Of a stretch of DNA of 28,041 bases, positions 7,771 through 22,145 are shown piece after piece. Position 1 is the stretch's first letter. The number at the start of each line of letters is the position of its first letter. The notes under the pieces were generated by a model, which searched no databases, was not told the origin of the DNA, and saw nothing but the letters and a program-made list of their open reading frames with translations. The stretch is taken from contig NC_000909.1 in assembly GCF_000091665.1 (NCBI RefSeq), positions 325,539 to 353,579 on the forward strand, read 5' to 3'. The DNA is from Methanocaldococcus jannaschii DSM 2661. Lineage in GTDB: Archaea; AGJL01; Methanococci; Methanococcales; Methanocaldococcaceae. The translations under genes and the position numbers were made by a program.

Positions 7771-8743
7771 ACATATTGAAAATCTTTTACTTTTGAAGGT
7801 TAAGAAAGAGAAAATTGAAGAGACAGATAAAATTAAAGAATATTTAAAAAGGTTTGAAGATGAAAGGAGATTTGATGGGATAAAAGAGAGCACTATAAAG
7901 AGTGATTTAGACAGGTTGAGAGTGTTTTTAGATTATTGCATTAATTACCTTGGAAAAAATCCAGAAGAGTTAAAAACAAGTGATTTCGTTAAATTTTTTA
8001 ATTATTTAGATACGGTTAGAAAAGTATCTAAAAGTTCGCAGAGGAAGTATTTTTTATTATTAAAAGTGTTTTATAGAGTTTTAAGAATGTATAATGTTAT
8101 TCAGGAGTTCGTTGAAGAGAGTAAGGATAGGAAGAGGTTCGCGAGAATTGAAATCCAACATTATGATGCTGTTGATGCTGAAATGTTGAATATGATTTTA
8201 AAGAAGATAATTGAAAGTGGGAGTAGGACCAGGATAAGGGATGCGTTAATAATCAGGTTACTTTGGGACACTGGTTGTAGGGTTTCTGAGGTTCTTAATT
8301 TGAAATACAAGGATTGTGATTTAGACAATGGCATATTTAAGATTCGAAATACCAAAACTCATGAGGAGAGGACTGTTGTTTGTTCATCGGATACTTTAGA
8401 GTTGCTTAGGAATTATGTTCAGTTTAATGTAAGGCAAGGTTCAGATGACTATTTGTTCCAGAATTCTCAGGGTGGGAGGGTTAGAAAAGAGTGGATTAGT
8501 GAAGTGTTTAGAAAGGCAGTGAATGAATTGAAAGAGGAGGGTAAAATCCCTAAAAATAGGCGTATTGTTATTCATAGTATAAGACACGGAAGGGCGGTAG
8601 ATTTATTGAATAAGGGAGTGCCCATCGACATCGTAAAGGAATACTTAGGACATAAGTCGATGAACACTACTTTGATTTATGCTCATTCTAAGGAGAGGGC
8701 TGAGAGTTTGGAGTTTATTAAAAAGTTGTTGAGAATCCAGTAA
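7751..8743 (+). CDS. Tyrosine recombinase/integrase (XerC/D-like)
   Basis: 330 aa; catalytic box LLWDTGCRVSEVLNLKYKD (Arg I), HSIRHGRAVDLLNKG (HxxR), LGHKSMNTTLIYAH (H...Y). Adjacent to a tRNA fragment. Confidence 0.93.
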   Translation: MREKELKHIENLLLLKVKKEKIEETDKIKEYLKRFEDERRFDGIKESTIKSDLDRLRVFLDYCINYLGKNPEELKTSDFVKFFNYLDTVRKVSKSSQRKYFLLLKVFYRVLRMYNVIQEFVEESKDRKRFARIEIQHYDAVDAEMLNMILKKIIESGSRTRIRDALIIRLLWDTGCRVSEVLNLKYKDCDLDNGIFKIRNTKTHEERTVVCSSDTLELLRNYVQFNVRQGSDDYLFQNSQGGRVRKEWISEVFRKAVNELKEEGKIPKNRRIVIHSIRHGRAVDLLNKGVPIDIVKEYLGHKSMNTTLIYAHSKERAESLEFIKKLLRIQ

Positions 8744-8891
8744 GTTATGGTTGTTGTGGAGTAGTTTGTTTAACTGGATTTGGTGCAGTATAGTAATGCG
8801 GTGTTGTTGGAACATTTTTAGGATGTAAGTGGTAAATTTTGAGGTGTTGGGACACAGGGGAGTTTAGAAGAGTTAAGTGTGGTTATATATT

Positions 8892-8948
8892 CCTTGAGAT
8901 CCAGTGGGGCTTTGCCCCGCCTGGGTTCAAATCCCAGCCCCTGCGCCA
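8892..8948 (+). other. 3' fragment of a tRNA-Ser gene (UGA-like anticodon loop through variable arm, T arm, acceptor, CCA); att site of the integrated element
   Basis: CCTTGAGATCCAGTGGGGCTTTGCCCCGCCTGGGTTCAAATCCCAGCCCCTGCGCCA; T arm CTGGG/CCCAG, long variable arm GGGGC-TTT-GCCCC; no matching 5' acceptor GCAGGGG or D arm upstream. Confidence 0.8.
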
Positions 8949-9027
8949 ATGATTTAAAATTCTATTTCTATTTTTATTTTGTTTTTAATTATTAAAATTG
9001 AATAATTTAAATATATAGATTAATATT

Positions 9028-9348
9028 TTGGGTGGTGACATGACTTTTGATGAGTTCGAAAGTTTAAAAAATTATCCTCCTAAGGAATCAATAAAAGAAG
9101 AAAAGAGAGTTTTTAATCCAAAAAACATTGAAGTGGGAAATAACTTTATAAAAATAGAAGACATAAAGATTATATTTTCGAAGGATATTGAAAAAGGAGA
9201 AGAAGAGTATTTATTGATGGATGTAATCCTATCTTCTCTTGAAGGAATCTACAACCTTATAGAGGATGAAGTATATAAAAAAGAAATTAAAAAGATATGG
9301 GAGAAGATTAACGAAATAAGAAATTACTACAACCCTGAATTTTTATAA
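9028..9348 (+). CDS. Hypothetical protein (start may be the internal MTFDEF)
   Basis: 106 aa acidic ORF; no family recognised. Confidence 0.55.
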
Positions 9349-9389
9349 AATATTTTTATAAATTTTTAATTTTTTAAAATAATAATTTT

Positions 9390-10499
9390 TTATGGTAACC
9401 ATGTGCTCTCATCTTTAATTTTTTCAGGTAAATATGTATTAACAACATACTTTAAACCGTACTTAGCTAAAGACTGTTGTTCTGCCCTGACTCCCATATC
9501 GAGCATCTGTTTTAAAGCTTTCTGCCATTCTGGGAAACTTCTGACAAAATCGTCATTCTTTAAACCATCTTTTATCCTTTTAATATCCTGCTCTTTTAAT
9601 GGATGAGTTGGTAAATCGTAATCAATGATATCCTGTGGGGTAACTCCAATCAACCTTGCTGCAGGAATTGATAATTTATCAGCTAAGTGTATGGCTTTAC
9701 CACTCCCAACCTTTAAGGTCCTGTAAATGTTTAAATACCCATAAGGGTCTCCGTCTGTAAATACTAAAACAGGCAAGTCGTGTTCTTCATGTAATCTTTT
9801 TATAAACCTTCTTGTAGCCCTTGCTGGAACCCCTTTTAATGAAACCAGTATGCAGTTATGCTTATCCCAGAATCTCTCTGCATTTAATCTTGCAAACATA
9901 CCTGATGTTTCTATTGCCAATATAAAGTCAGCATCTGTCTCAAGGTTTAATTTTGTTACATCGTTTGGGATGTTGTATGCTCCAGTCCCCAATTTTGTAC
10001 AATCAACGACAAGTTCTCCTTCTGGTGTTTCTTCAATAATTTTTAACGGTCCTACTACTGAAGAACCATCTTCCTCTGGAATAAATCCAAGATGTTCCCT
10101 CAACACTCCTAAAGCTGCCTCTAAATCCTCAATAACGTTGTTTGATGCTTGTTGGTCATCAAATCTTGCCTCTCCCCAGTTTTTTGAAACATAGTATGCT
10201 TCCCTTAATGTTGAAAAATCGTCTGTCTCTAACAACTGTTTAGCAAACTCTAACATCTTTGTTGTTTGTGCAAAAATCTTTGCTTGATTTACAGTTAATG
10301 TTCTTGCCTTTTCTTTACCAACTAAAGTAAATGAACCCTTTTCTTTATCAAACATTGCATTAGATAAGCTTCTAATTGGCATTGTTATCTTTGGTCTTTT
10401 CCCTTTCATTAAATCCTCATACATCTTTTTAGCCAATTCAATAATTTTTTGTTTTGCAATCTCTCTTGGTTTTTTTGAGATAGCAGGAAGTTTAACCAT
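9390..10499 (-). CDS. top6A: Type II DNA topoisomerase VI subunit A
   Basis: 369 aa; Spo11/TopoVI-A Toprim motifs (ILAIETSGMFARLNAE, VFTDGDPYG) and ESEG-like region. Confidence 0.95.
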   Translation of the reverse strand: MVKLPAISKKPREIAKQKIIELAKKMYEDLMKGKRPKITMPIRSLSNAMFDKEKGSFTLVGKEKARTLTVNQAKIFAQTTKMLEFAKQLLETDDFSTLREAYYVSKNWGEARFDDQQASNNVIEDLEAALGVLREHLGFIPEEDGSSVVGPLKIIEETPEGELVVDCTKLGTGAYNIPNDVTKLNLETDADFILAIETSGMFARLNAERFWDKHNCILVSLKGVPARATRRFIKRLHEEHDLPVLVFTDGDPYGYLNIYRTLKVGSGKAIHLADKLSIPAARLIGVTPQDIIDYDLPTHPLKEQDIKRIKDGLKNDDFVRSFPEWQKALKQMLDMGVRAEQQSLAKYGLKYVVNTYLPEKIKDESTWLP

Positions 10500-10772
10500 T
10501 CACCCTCACCAAGTAATTTTTTATAATTTTTTAATGTTCAATAATTTCAACCTAAATTATTTTATTATGCAAACCCATAACCAATAGATTTTTATACCTC
10601 ATTTTAAAATTGAATAATAATAATATGCAACACCATGATAACTATGGGCAACCATGTAAGGGAATACTATATAAAATATTCATATATAATTATTTGGTTA
10701 ATAGTATTAGCGTTAAAATCTATTATTGTATTTATAGATTCAAATTCAGAATAATAATACGGAGGTCATAAC

Positions 10773-11867
10773 GTGAAATTTCTAAAAAACGTTTTAGAGG
10801 AAGGGAGTAAATTAGAGGAGTTTAATGAATTAGAATTGTCTCCAGAGGATAAGGAATTATTGGAATATTTGCAACAAACTAAAGCAAAAATTACAGTAGT
10901 TGGTTGTGGTGGAGCAGGAAATAACACTATCACAAGGTTAAAGATGGAGGGTATAGAAGGAGCTAAAACCGTTGCTATTAATACTGATGCTCAGCAATTA
11001 ATTAGAACAAAAGCTGATAAAAAAATATTAATTGGTAAAAAATTAACAAGAGGTCTTGGAGCTGGAGGTAATCCAAAAATTGGAGAAGAGGCAGCAAAAG
11101 AAAGTGCTGAAGAGATTAAAGCAGCAATACAAGATTCAGATATGGTATTTATTACTTGTGGTTTAGGAGGAGGGACTGGAACTGGTTCAGCTCCAGTCGT
11201 GGCTGAGATATCCAAAAAGATAGGGGCTTTAACTGTTGCTGTAGTTACACTACCTTTTGTAATGGAAGGGAAAGTTAGGATGAAAAATGCGATGGAAGGT
11301 TTAGAAAGGTTAAAACAACATACTGATACGTTAGTTGTTATTCCAAACGAAAAATTGTTTGAGATAGTTCCAAATATGCCGTTAAAATTGGCATTTAAGG
11401 TAGCTGATGAGGTATTAATCAACGCTGTAAAGGGATTAGTTGAATTAATAACCAAGGATGGATTGATTAATGTTGATTTTGCTGACGTTAAAGCTGTTAT
11501 GAACAATGGAGGCTTAGCGATGATTGGTATCGGGGAGAGTGATAGTGAGAAAAGGGCTAAAGAAGCTGTTAGTATGGCTTTAAACTCCCCATTATTAGAT
11601 GTTGATATAGATGGAGCTACTGGAGCATTAATACATGTAATGGGTCCTGAGGACTTAACATTAGAAGAGGCAAGAGAGGTTGTAGCCACTGTATCCTCAA
11701 GATTAGACCCAAATGCTACAATTATATGGGGAGCTACAATAGATGAGAACTTAGAGAATACCGTGAGGGTTTTATTGGTTATTACAGGAGTTCAGTCAAG
11801 AATTGAATTTACCGATACAGGATTGAAAAGAAAAAAATTAGAACTCACAGGAATTCCAAAAATTTAA
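10773..11867 (+). CDS. ftsZ: Cell division protein FtsZ
   Basis: 364 aa; GCGGAGNN and tubulin signature [10 protein letters not shown]. Confidence 0.98.
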   Translation: MKFLKNVLEEGSKLEEFNELELSPEDKELLEYLQQTKAKITVVGCGGAGNNTITRLKMEGIEGAKTVAINTDAQQLIRTKADKKILIGKKLTRGLGAGGNPKIGEEAAKESAEEIKAAIQDSDMVFITCGLGGGTGTGSAPVVAEISKKIGALTVAVVTLPFVMEGKVRMKNAMEGLERLKQHTDTLVVIPNEKLFEIVPNMPLKLAFKVADEVLINAVKGLVELITKDGLINVDFADVKAVMNNGGLAMIGIGESDSEKRAKEAVSMALNSPLLDVDIDGATGALIHVMGPEDLTLEEAREVVATVSSRLDPNATIIWGATIDENLENTVRVLLVITGVQSRIEFTDTGLKRKKLELTGIPKI

Positions 11868-11876
11868 GGGGATATT

Positions 11877-12101
11877 ATGAAAACAGATTTTAATCAAAAA
11901 ATTGAACAACTTAAAGAATTTATTGAAGAATGTAGGAGAGTTTGGTTAGTTTTGAAAAAACCTACAAAAGATGAATATTTGGCTGTTGCTAAAGTTACAG
12001 CTTTGGGAATATCTTTATTGGGAATTATTGGATACATAATTCACGTTCCAGCAACATACATTAAGGGAATATTAAAACCTCCAACAACTCCAAGAGTATA
12101 A
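11877..12101 (+). CDS. secE: Protein translocase subunit SecE/Sss1
   Basis: 74 aa; IEECRRVWLVLKKPTKDEYLAVAKVTALGISLLGIIGYIIHV; upstream of nusG. Confidence 0.93.
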   Translation: MKTDFNQKIEQLKEFIEECRRVWLVLKKPTKDEYLAVAKVTALGISLLGIIGYIIHVPATYIKGILKPPTTPRV

Positions 12102-12256
12102 AAAAAGCACTTACAGTTGTTAAAAGTTCAACATAGATAAGATATTTATACAACATATTTGAATCTATATTTAATCCCTAAAAATATAAAACTTTTTTTA
12201 TATCACGTTTCACTAAACCTCTATTTTATTTTTTAAAATTTATTTAAGGTGAGATT

Positions 12257-12700
12257 ATGATTTTTGCAGTTAGAACTATGGTCGGCCAGGAAAAGAATAT
12301 AGCTGGATTAATGGCAAGTAGGGCTGAAAAAGAGCAGTTGGATGTTTATTCAATATTGGCTTCAGAGTCATTGAAAGGATATGTTTTAGTTGAGGCAGAG
12401 ACAAAGGGAGATGTTGAAGAATTAATAAAAGGAATGCCAAGGGTTAGGGGAATAGTACCAGGAACAATAGCTATTGAAGAGATAGAACCTTTATTAACTC
12501 CAAAGAAAATCATTGAAAATATTGAGAAAGGAGATGTTGTTGAAATCATTGCTGGGCCATTTAAAGGAGAGAGAGCAAAGGTTATTAGAGTTGATAAGCA
12601 TAAAGAGGAAGTTACCTTGGAACTTGAAAATGCCGCTGTCCCTATACCGATAACCCTTCCAGTTGAGGGTGTTAAAATAGTTTCAAAGCATAAAGATTAA
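12257..12700 (+). CDS. spt5: Transcription elongation factor NusG/Spt5
   Basis: 147 aa; NGN domain plus KOW motif (VEIIAGPFKGERAKVIRVD). Confidence 0.95.
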   Translation: MIFAVRTMVGQEKNIAGLMASRAEKEQLDVYSILASESLKGYVLVEAETKGDVEELIKGMPRVRGIVPGTIAIEEIEPLLTPKKIIENIEKGDVVEIIAGPFKGERAKVIRVDKHKEEVTLELENAAVPIPITLPVEGVKIVSKHKD

Positions 12701-12797
12701 ATTTATATTAGAGGCATAACTTTATATACCAAATATATTAATTTTATCTACACATTAATTTTCTTATTGAAACACTCCAAACATGAGGTGAATATTT

Positions 12798-13283
12798 ATG
12801 GCTAAGGAGGTTGTTGAAGTATTAGTTACTGGAGGTAGAGCAACAGCAGGGCCACCATTAGGGCCTGCAATTGGGCCTTTAGGAGTCAATGTCATGCAAG
12901 TTGTTAAAGAGATTAATGAAAAAACAAAAGACTATGAAGGAATGCAAGTTCCAGTTAAAGTTATAGTTGATACCGAAACAAGAAAGTTTGAAATTGAAGT
13001 TGGAATTCCTCCAACAACTGCTCTAATTAAAAAGGAGTTAGGAATTGAAACCGCTGCTCACGAACCAAGACATGAAGTTGTTGGAAACTTAACATTGGAA
13101 CAGGTTATTAAAATAGCTAAGATGAAAAAAGATGCTATGCTCTCATATACATTAAAGAACGCTGTAAAAGAGGTTTTAGGAACCTGTGGTTCAATGGGAG
13201 TGACAGTTGAAGGAAAAGACCCTAAAGAAGTCCAAAAAGAGATTGATGCTGGAGTTTATGATGAATACTTTAAAGAAGAATAA
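12798..13283 (+). CDS. rpl11: Ribosomal protein L11 (uL11)
   Basis: 161 aa; [29 protein letters not shown]. Confidence 0.98.
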   Translation: MAKEVVEVLVTGGRATAGPPLGPAIGPLGVNVMQVVKEINEKTKDYEGMQVPVKVIVDTETRKFEIEVGIPPTTALIKKELGIETAAHEPRHEVVGNLTLEQVIKIAKMKKDAMLSYTLKNAVKEVLGTCGSMGVTVEGKDPKEVQKEIDAGVYDEYFKEE

Positions 13284-13339
13284 ATTGATTTTTCCTTTTT
13301 TATTTTTCTTTTGATAATATTCTGGTTTTTATGTATTTT

Positions 13340-14332
13340 TTAGATATTATCTATTAATTTGTATATATCTATTCTTGTTAAACATCCACAGAAAATTCCA
13401 ATAATCATTCCAGCAAGGACATCCAAAGGATAATGAACTCCAACATAAACTCTACTATAAGCTACAATTATAGCCCAACTTAAAAACAATATTCCAAGTT
13501 TTTTTGAGTAAAATAATAAGGATGTTGCTAATGTAAATGCTAAAGTTGTATGACCACTTGGAAAGCTTGGCTCATTTCCTTCATTGCATAACAAATGCAC
13601 ATTATCTAAAACTAAATAAGGCCTTGGCTCATTTACTAAATATTTTAATGAAAATGCAATCATAAAAGCTAAAAATAAGGCGAAGATTAATTTCATCCCG
13701 AATTTTCTATTTTTTATAAATATTATTAAGGATGTGATTGCAATTAAAGGATATGCTGTTTTAGAGATGATTGGCATAATTGCATCAAATATATAATTAT
13801 AGTGAGAATTTATTAAATAGAATAAATAAATATTTATATCACTTAATCTATTTATATTTCCCAAAACATCTCCAAAATATGCAACTGCCAAAAATCTTGG
13901 TAATCTTCCAATTATTGTTCCAACTGTAAATAATAATTTATGCATTTCAAAAATTCCAGATAGCCATGCAATAACTTTATATGGTAAGGGGGAGAAACCC
14001 GCAATTACAACTCCATAAACTCCATATTTGTTAAAAAATTCTTCTCCTTTATGCAGATATTTCTCTCCAAAAAGTTTTATAAATATTGGATGCCCTAATT
14101 TATCCCCTAAGAAGTAGCCAAACAAACCTCCTAAAGTTGTGCCAATTGTTGCTACTATAGCAGAGATTATTGGATTTAAACCAAAAAAAGATGCCCCAAT
14201 TATAAAAACATCTGGGGGAATTGGTTGTATAAATGCCTCTGTAAATGAAATTATAAATATCCCAATGTAACCATAATTATTTACAAGATATTCAGCCATA
14301 GCGTATAAATCCATATAACCACCAGATATCAT
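13340..14332 (-). CDS. DedA/VTT-domain membrane protein fused to PAP2 phosphatase
   Basis: 330 aa; N-terminal DedA-like part ([34 protein letters not shown]); C-terminal PAP2 motifs [29 protein letters not shown]. Confidence 0.88.
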
Positions 14333-14378
14333 TAATTTCCTAAGGTTAATAAAGTGTTATTGTTTATTTAAATATTTT

Positions 14379-15143
14379 ATGAGGGAGAGTATGAGAATTG
14401 AGTTAGAGTTACAGACAGACAACTTCACAGTAATTCCTTATAATCATCAGTATTATTTGGCATCAGCCATATACAATAAAATTCACTCTGCAAATCCTGC
14501 CTATGCTAAAAGATTACATAATTATCAGAAGTTTAAGTTCTTTACTTTTTCTTTATTGCAGATTAGAAAGAGGGTTATTAGAAAGGAAGGGATTGAAACT
14601 ATAGATGGGAAGGCATATCTCTATATATCCTCACCAAACAATGAGTTTATTGAGAATTTTGTTGCTGGACTCTTAGAGGATGGAAAGTTGAGAGTAGGAA
14701 ATGTTGAATTCTTTGTAAGAAAGGCTAAAATTCTACCAATTCCAAAGAAATTCAATATATTAAAAACCATATCTCCAATTTACTTAAAGACGATGATTGA
14801 GACAGAAGATGGTTTAAAAACTTATGATTTATTACCAAACAATTCTAAATTTTATGAAAACTTAAAGAATAATCTAAAAAAGAAATATGAAGCATTCTAT
14901 AATGAAAAATGTGACATGAACTTTGAATTTGAAGTCTTAAAATTTAGACCTAAAAGGATGAGAATAAAAAATGATATTTATTGTAGGTGTTCTGAAATGG
15001 TGTTTAAGGTCTGGGGGGACTACGATTTAATAAAATTTGGTTATGAGTGTGGTTTTGGAGAGAAGAATAGTATGGGTTTTGGAATGGTTGTAAATGTTGA
15101 AGATAAAAATCAAAAAAATAAAAAACTCAAAACAAAAATTTAA
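14379..15143 (+). CDS. cas6: CRISPR pre-crRNA endoribonuclease Cas6
   Basis: 254 aa; C-terminal Gly-rich GYECGFGEKNSMGFGMV; adjacent to cas genes. Confidence 0.92.
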   Translation: MRESMRIELELQTDNFTVIPYNHQYYLASAIYNKIHSANPAYAKRLHNYQKFKFFTFSLLQIRKRVIRKEGIETIDGKAYLYISSPNNEFIENFVAGLLEDGKLRVGNVEFFVRKAKILPIPKKFNILKTISPIYLKTMIETEDGLKTYDLLPNNSKFYENLKNNLKKKYEAFYNEKCDMNFEFEVLKFRPKRMRIKNDIYCRCSEMVFKVWGDYDLIKFGYECGFGEKNSMGFGMVVNVEDKNQKNKKLKTKI

Positions 15144-15506
15144 TTGTGGCTAATAATTGTTAATATCTCCTATTTACTTTTTCATTATTGCATAAAAACG
15201 TGTTAAACAAAATCATTTATTAATCATACTACATAACTCATAACAACCTATTTATACACTTCTATCTTTTAACAACTTTTCAATCTTTACTTTATTTTCA
15301 TATACTTTATATATAAGCTTTACATATAAATGTTAGTTTATTTATTTAAATCTAGATTATATCGATACGTTTATATATAGGTTATTTCAAAATATCTATT
15401 ATTTAAAATTAAATTTGTTAAAAAGTCATATCTAAACTGGTGAAGATATGCTCACTATACCTCTTGATAATTTTATAAAACAAAGAATACTTTTTTTACC
15501 ATTTAT

Positions 15507-18214
<2,708 letters not shown>

Positions 18215-18366
18215 AATTTTATGTTACTTCGAAGATACGTCAAAAGTGAGCTAAGAGGCATTGCTTCTGCAAAGAAGCAATGCATCCTGGGTATCCCAAT
18301 AGGGCGAAGCCCTATGGTATCAGAAAATCTGCAAAATTGTGCTTATTATGAGTTATGTTTTATTTA
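18215..18366 (+). repeat. Hairpin-rich insertion followed by a second degenerate copy of the cas4 3' end
   Basis: Near copy of ...TTTGCAAGAATTGTGCTTATTATGAATTATGTTTTATTTA at ~18327-18366; perfect 11-bp stem GCATTGCTTCT-GCAA-AGAAGCAATGC (18258-18283) and ATAGGGC-GAA-GCCCTAT (18299-18315). Confidence 0.7.
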
Positions 18367-18367
18367 A

Positions 18368-19971
<1,604 letters not shown>

Positions 19972-19993
19972 AAATACTTCTTATGTATATATT

Positions 19994-20007
19994 TTACTTC
20001 GAAGTAA
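19994..20007. promoter_or_regulatory. 14-bp perfect palindrome TTACTTCGAAGTAA in the csa3/csa5 divergent intergenic region
   Basis: Direct reading; 23 bp upstream of the csa3 ORF start. Confidence 0.65.
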
Positions 20008-20079
20008 TATATAAATACTTTGTATACTTCTACGAAATTCCTTAGTAAAGTTTATATTTTCCCATATTAATATTATGTA

Positions 20080-20436
20080 GTGTCAATAGATGAGGTGATA
20101 AAGTTGGAGAATTGGATGAAAAATATTGGAAGATATCTTAGCTACCTTATAAGCGATAAGTTTGAGGAATATGCTTATGACATCATTGATGGAGTAGCTA
20201 AAGCAAGAAATGCAAATGAACTTTTAGAAGCGTTATATAAAGGATTAAGATTGTCCCCAAAACTAAAAAAGAAAGGAAATATTGAAGTCCCATCTCCAGA
20301 GGACGTAAAAAAGTTGGAAGAAACTTTGAGAGAAATCGGAGATAATGAAAAGGAAGTTAGAAAAATTGGATTAAGCATGGCACTCTGGGCTTTTGCAGAC
20401 TGGGAAAAAGACCACAGAAAAAGAGGTGATCAGTAA
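20080..20436 (+). CDS. csa5: Csa5, type I-A Cascade small subunit
   Basis: 118 aa, GTG start; position directly before cas7 and small size; ARNANELLEALYKGLRLSPKLK. Confidence 0.75.
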   Translation: MSIDEVIKLENWMKNIGRYLSYLISDKFEEYAYDIIDGVAKARNANELLEALYKGLRLSPKLKKKGNIEVPSPEDVKKLEETLREIGDNEKEVRKIGLSMALWAFADWEKDHRKRGDQ

Positions 20437-21398
20437 TGTTCTTGAGAATCTCAGGAAGAGTTAGGTTGAATTCCCATTCTTTAAATGCCCAAGGTGGGGG
20501 AGGAACAAATTATGTGGAGATAACAAAAGCTAAGGTTAGCATAAAGAATGATGATAGATGGGAAATCCTTGAAGTGCCAGCAATTTCTGGAAATATGGTT
20601 AAGCATTGGCATTTTGTAAGCTTTGTTGATTTCTTTAGAGAGACAGATTACAAAGATAATTTAACAGAAAGGGCTTTGAGATATAATGGGGCAAGGTTTG
20701 GACAGGAAACTAAAGCCAAAAAAGCTGATGGTTCTGAAGTTGAATTGAAGGATGAAAGTGAAATCATTAAAAACTTTGCTGATGCAGATGTTCATGGATT
20801 TCTAGCTCCAAAAACTGGAGTTAGAAGAGTTTCTCTTGTAAAAACCTCATTTATACTCCCAACAGAAGATTTCATAAAAGAAGTAGATGAAAGGCTCGTT
20901 TATGCTGTAAAGCATAATAGAGTTGATATTGATGAAAAAGGAGCAATAAAATCTGGAGAAGAACAAACTGCCCAAATGTTATTTAATAGAGAGTATGCAA
21001 CTGGGCTGTATGGATTTGAAATCATATTAGATTTGGGATTTGTTGGAGTTCCTCAATCATCTCCATCAAATCCAGTTATTGAAGATGATGAAAGAAAAGC
21101 AAGAATAGTATCGGCATTAAAAGCTTTGATTCCAATGCTAAGTGGTTATATTGGAGCAAATTTAGCCAGGTCATTCCCAGTATTTAAACTTGAAGAAATG
21201 ATAGCGGTTGTTAGTGAAAAACCAATACCTGCCTTAGTTCATGGATTCTATGAGGATTATGTAGAAGTAAGCAAAAACGTTGTAGAAAATGCAAAGAAAC
21301 TTGGATTTGAGATTGAGGATTTCGGATACAATGTAGATTTTGGTGAGAGCGTTTCATCAGTTGAAGAGCTAATCTCAAAAATAATAGAGAAATTATAA
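20436..21398 (+). CDS. cas7: Cas7 (Csa2/DevR), Cascade backbone
   Basis: 320 aa; FLRISGRVRLNSHSLNAQGGGGTNYVEITKAKV, ISGNMVKHWH. Confidence 0.93.
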   Translation: MFLRISGRVRLNSHSLNAQGGGGTNYVEITKAKVSIKNDDRWEILEVPAISGNMVKHWHFVSFVDFFRETDYKDNLTERALRYNGARFGQETKAKKADGSEVELKDESEIIKNFADADVHGFLAPKTGVRRVSLVKTSFILPTEDFIKEVDERLVYAVKHNRVDIDEKGAIKSGEEQTAQMLFNREYATGLYGFEIILDLGFVGVPQSSPSNPVIEDDERKARIVSALKALIPMLSGYIGANLARSFPVFKLEEMIAVVSEKPIPALVHGFYEDYVEVSKNVVENAKKLGFEIEDFGYNVDFGESVSSVEELISKIIEKL

Positions 21399-21407
21399 AT
21401 TGAGGGG

Positions 21408-22145
21408 TTGATTATGGAGGCTTTAGTAGCTCTCCTCCGATTTCCATTCTATTCTTTTGGAAAACAGTCTTATCAAGTTAGACAATCTTTGCTATTACCA
21501 TCTCCATCAGCATTAAAAGGGGCATTAGCTAAGGGAATTATATTGCTTGGTGGAAAAAAAGGAAAGAGTTTAGATGAAATTGCTAAAAAAACTGTTGAAG
21601 AATTGGAAAATAAGCTCATCTATGTCGGAGCAAAGCCATACAAAAGTAGTATCATAAAAACCCCAATTCTACTAAAGAGACTTAGAAACTTAGAAGATCA
21701 AAAAAATCCAGAAAAAAGTGACGCAATGAGAAGAGAATATGTATTTGCAAGGGAGATTTTAGCTATTTATGTTTTTAGGAGAAAGTTGAGTGAAGAAGAA
21801 AAAGATCTAATGCTTAAGGCAGTTTATTTAATTGACCAGCTCGGAGATACTGAGTGTGTGGGAAATGTGATTAAAACTGAATGGGTTGAAGTAAAAGAAG
21901 AAAAAGCTCCTCTAAAAACCTATGTGAAGTTTAAAAAAGTATCAAAAATGAGCATAAATGGAGGTATTATTGAAAATATGCTTGAAACTCCAAATTTTGG
22001 AAATAAAGTAAAAGAAGAGCCGTATTTACTACCACTTATTGAAAAACGTTATAGAAGAAGCTCATATTACGTTGAATCAGATAGAATTTTTGACGGAAAT
22101 TACAAAATTATTGCCTTTGATGAGGTGATTGGGTTATGGATATAA
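21408..22145 (+). CDS. cas5: Cas5 (type I-A)
   Basis: 245 aa; [37 protein letters not shown]. Confidence 0.92.

Larger units (their letters stand above)
1..8948. mobile_element. Right-hand part of an integrated plasmid/provirus-like element (left end outside the window)
   Basis: MCM, DEDD exonuclease, small DNA-binding proteins and a terminal integrase next to a truncated tRNA; core genes start immediately after. Left limit not visible. Confidence 0.7.

Noticed and set aside
8892-8948. Possible complete functional tRNA gene
   Set aside because: The 3' half folds well, but no 5' acceptor (GCAGGGG expected), D arm or 5' anticodon stem exists upstream; kept as an att-type fragment.
9403-10194. 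Plus-strand ORFs inside top6A
   Set aside because: Antisense to a strongly recognisable conserved gene.
10991-11689. 232-aa minus-strand ORF
   Set aside because: Entirely antisense to ftsZ with low-complexity Ser/Pro/Ile-rich translation; shadow ORF.
15144-15447. Possible second CRISPR leader or remnant array upstream of cas3
   Set aside because: AT-rich and ORF-free, but I found no copy of the 30-bp repeat or a degenerate repeat there.
18327-18366. Second in-frame Cas4 C-terminus as an alternative exon or second cas4 copy
   Set aside because: A 1-nt deletion shifts the frame, so the Cys motif is not encoded; the first copy already gives a complete Cas4.
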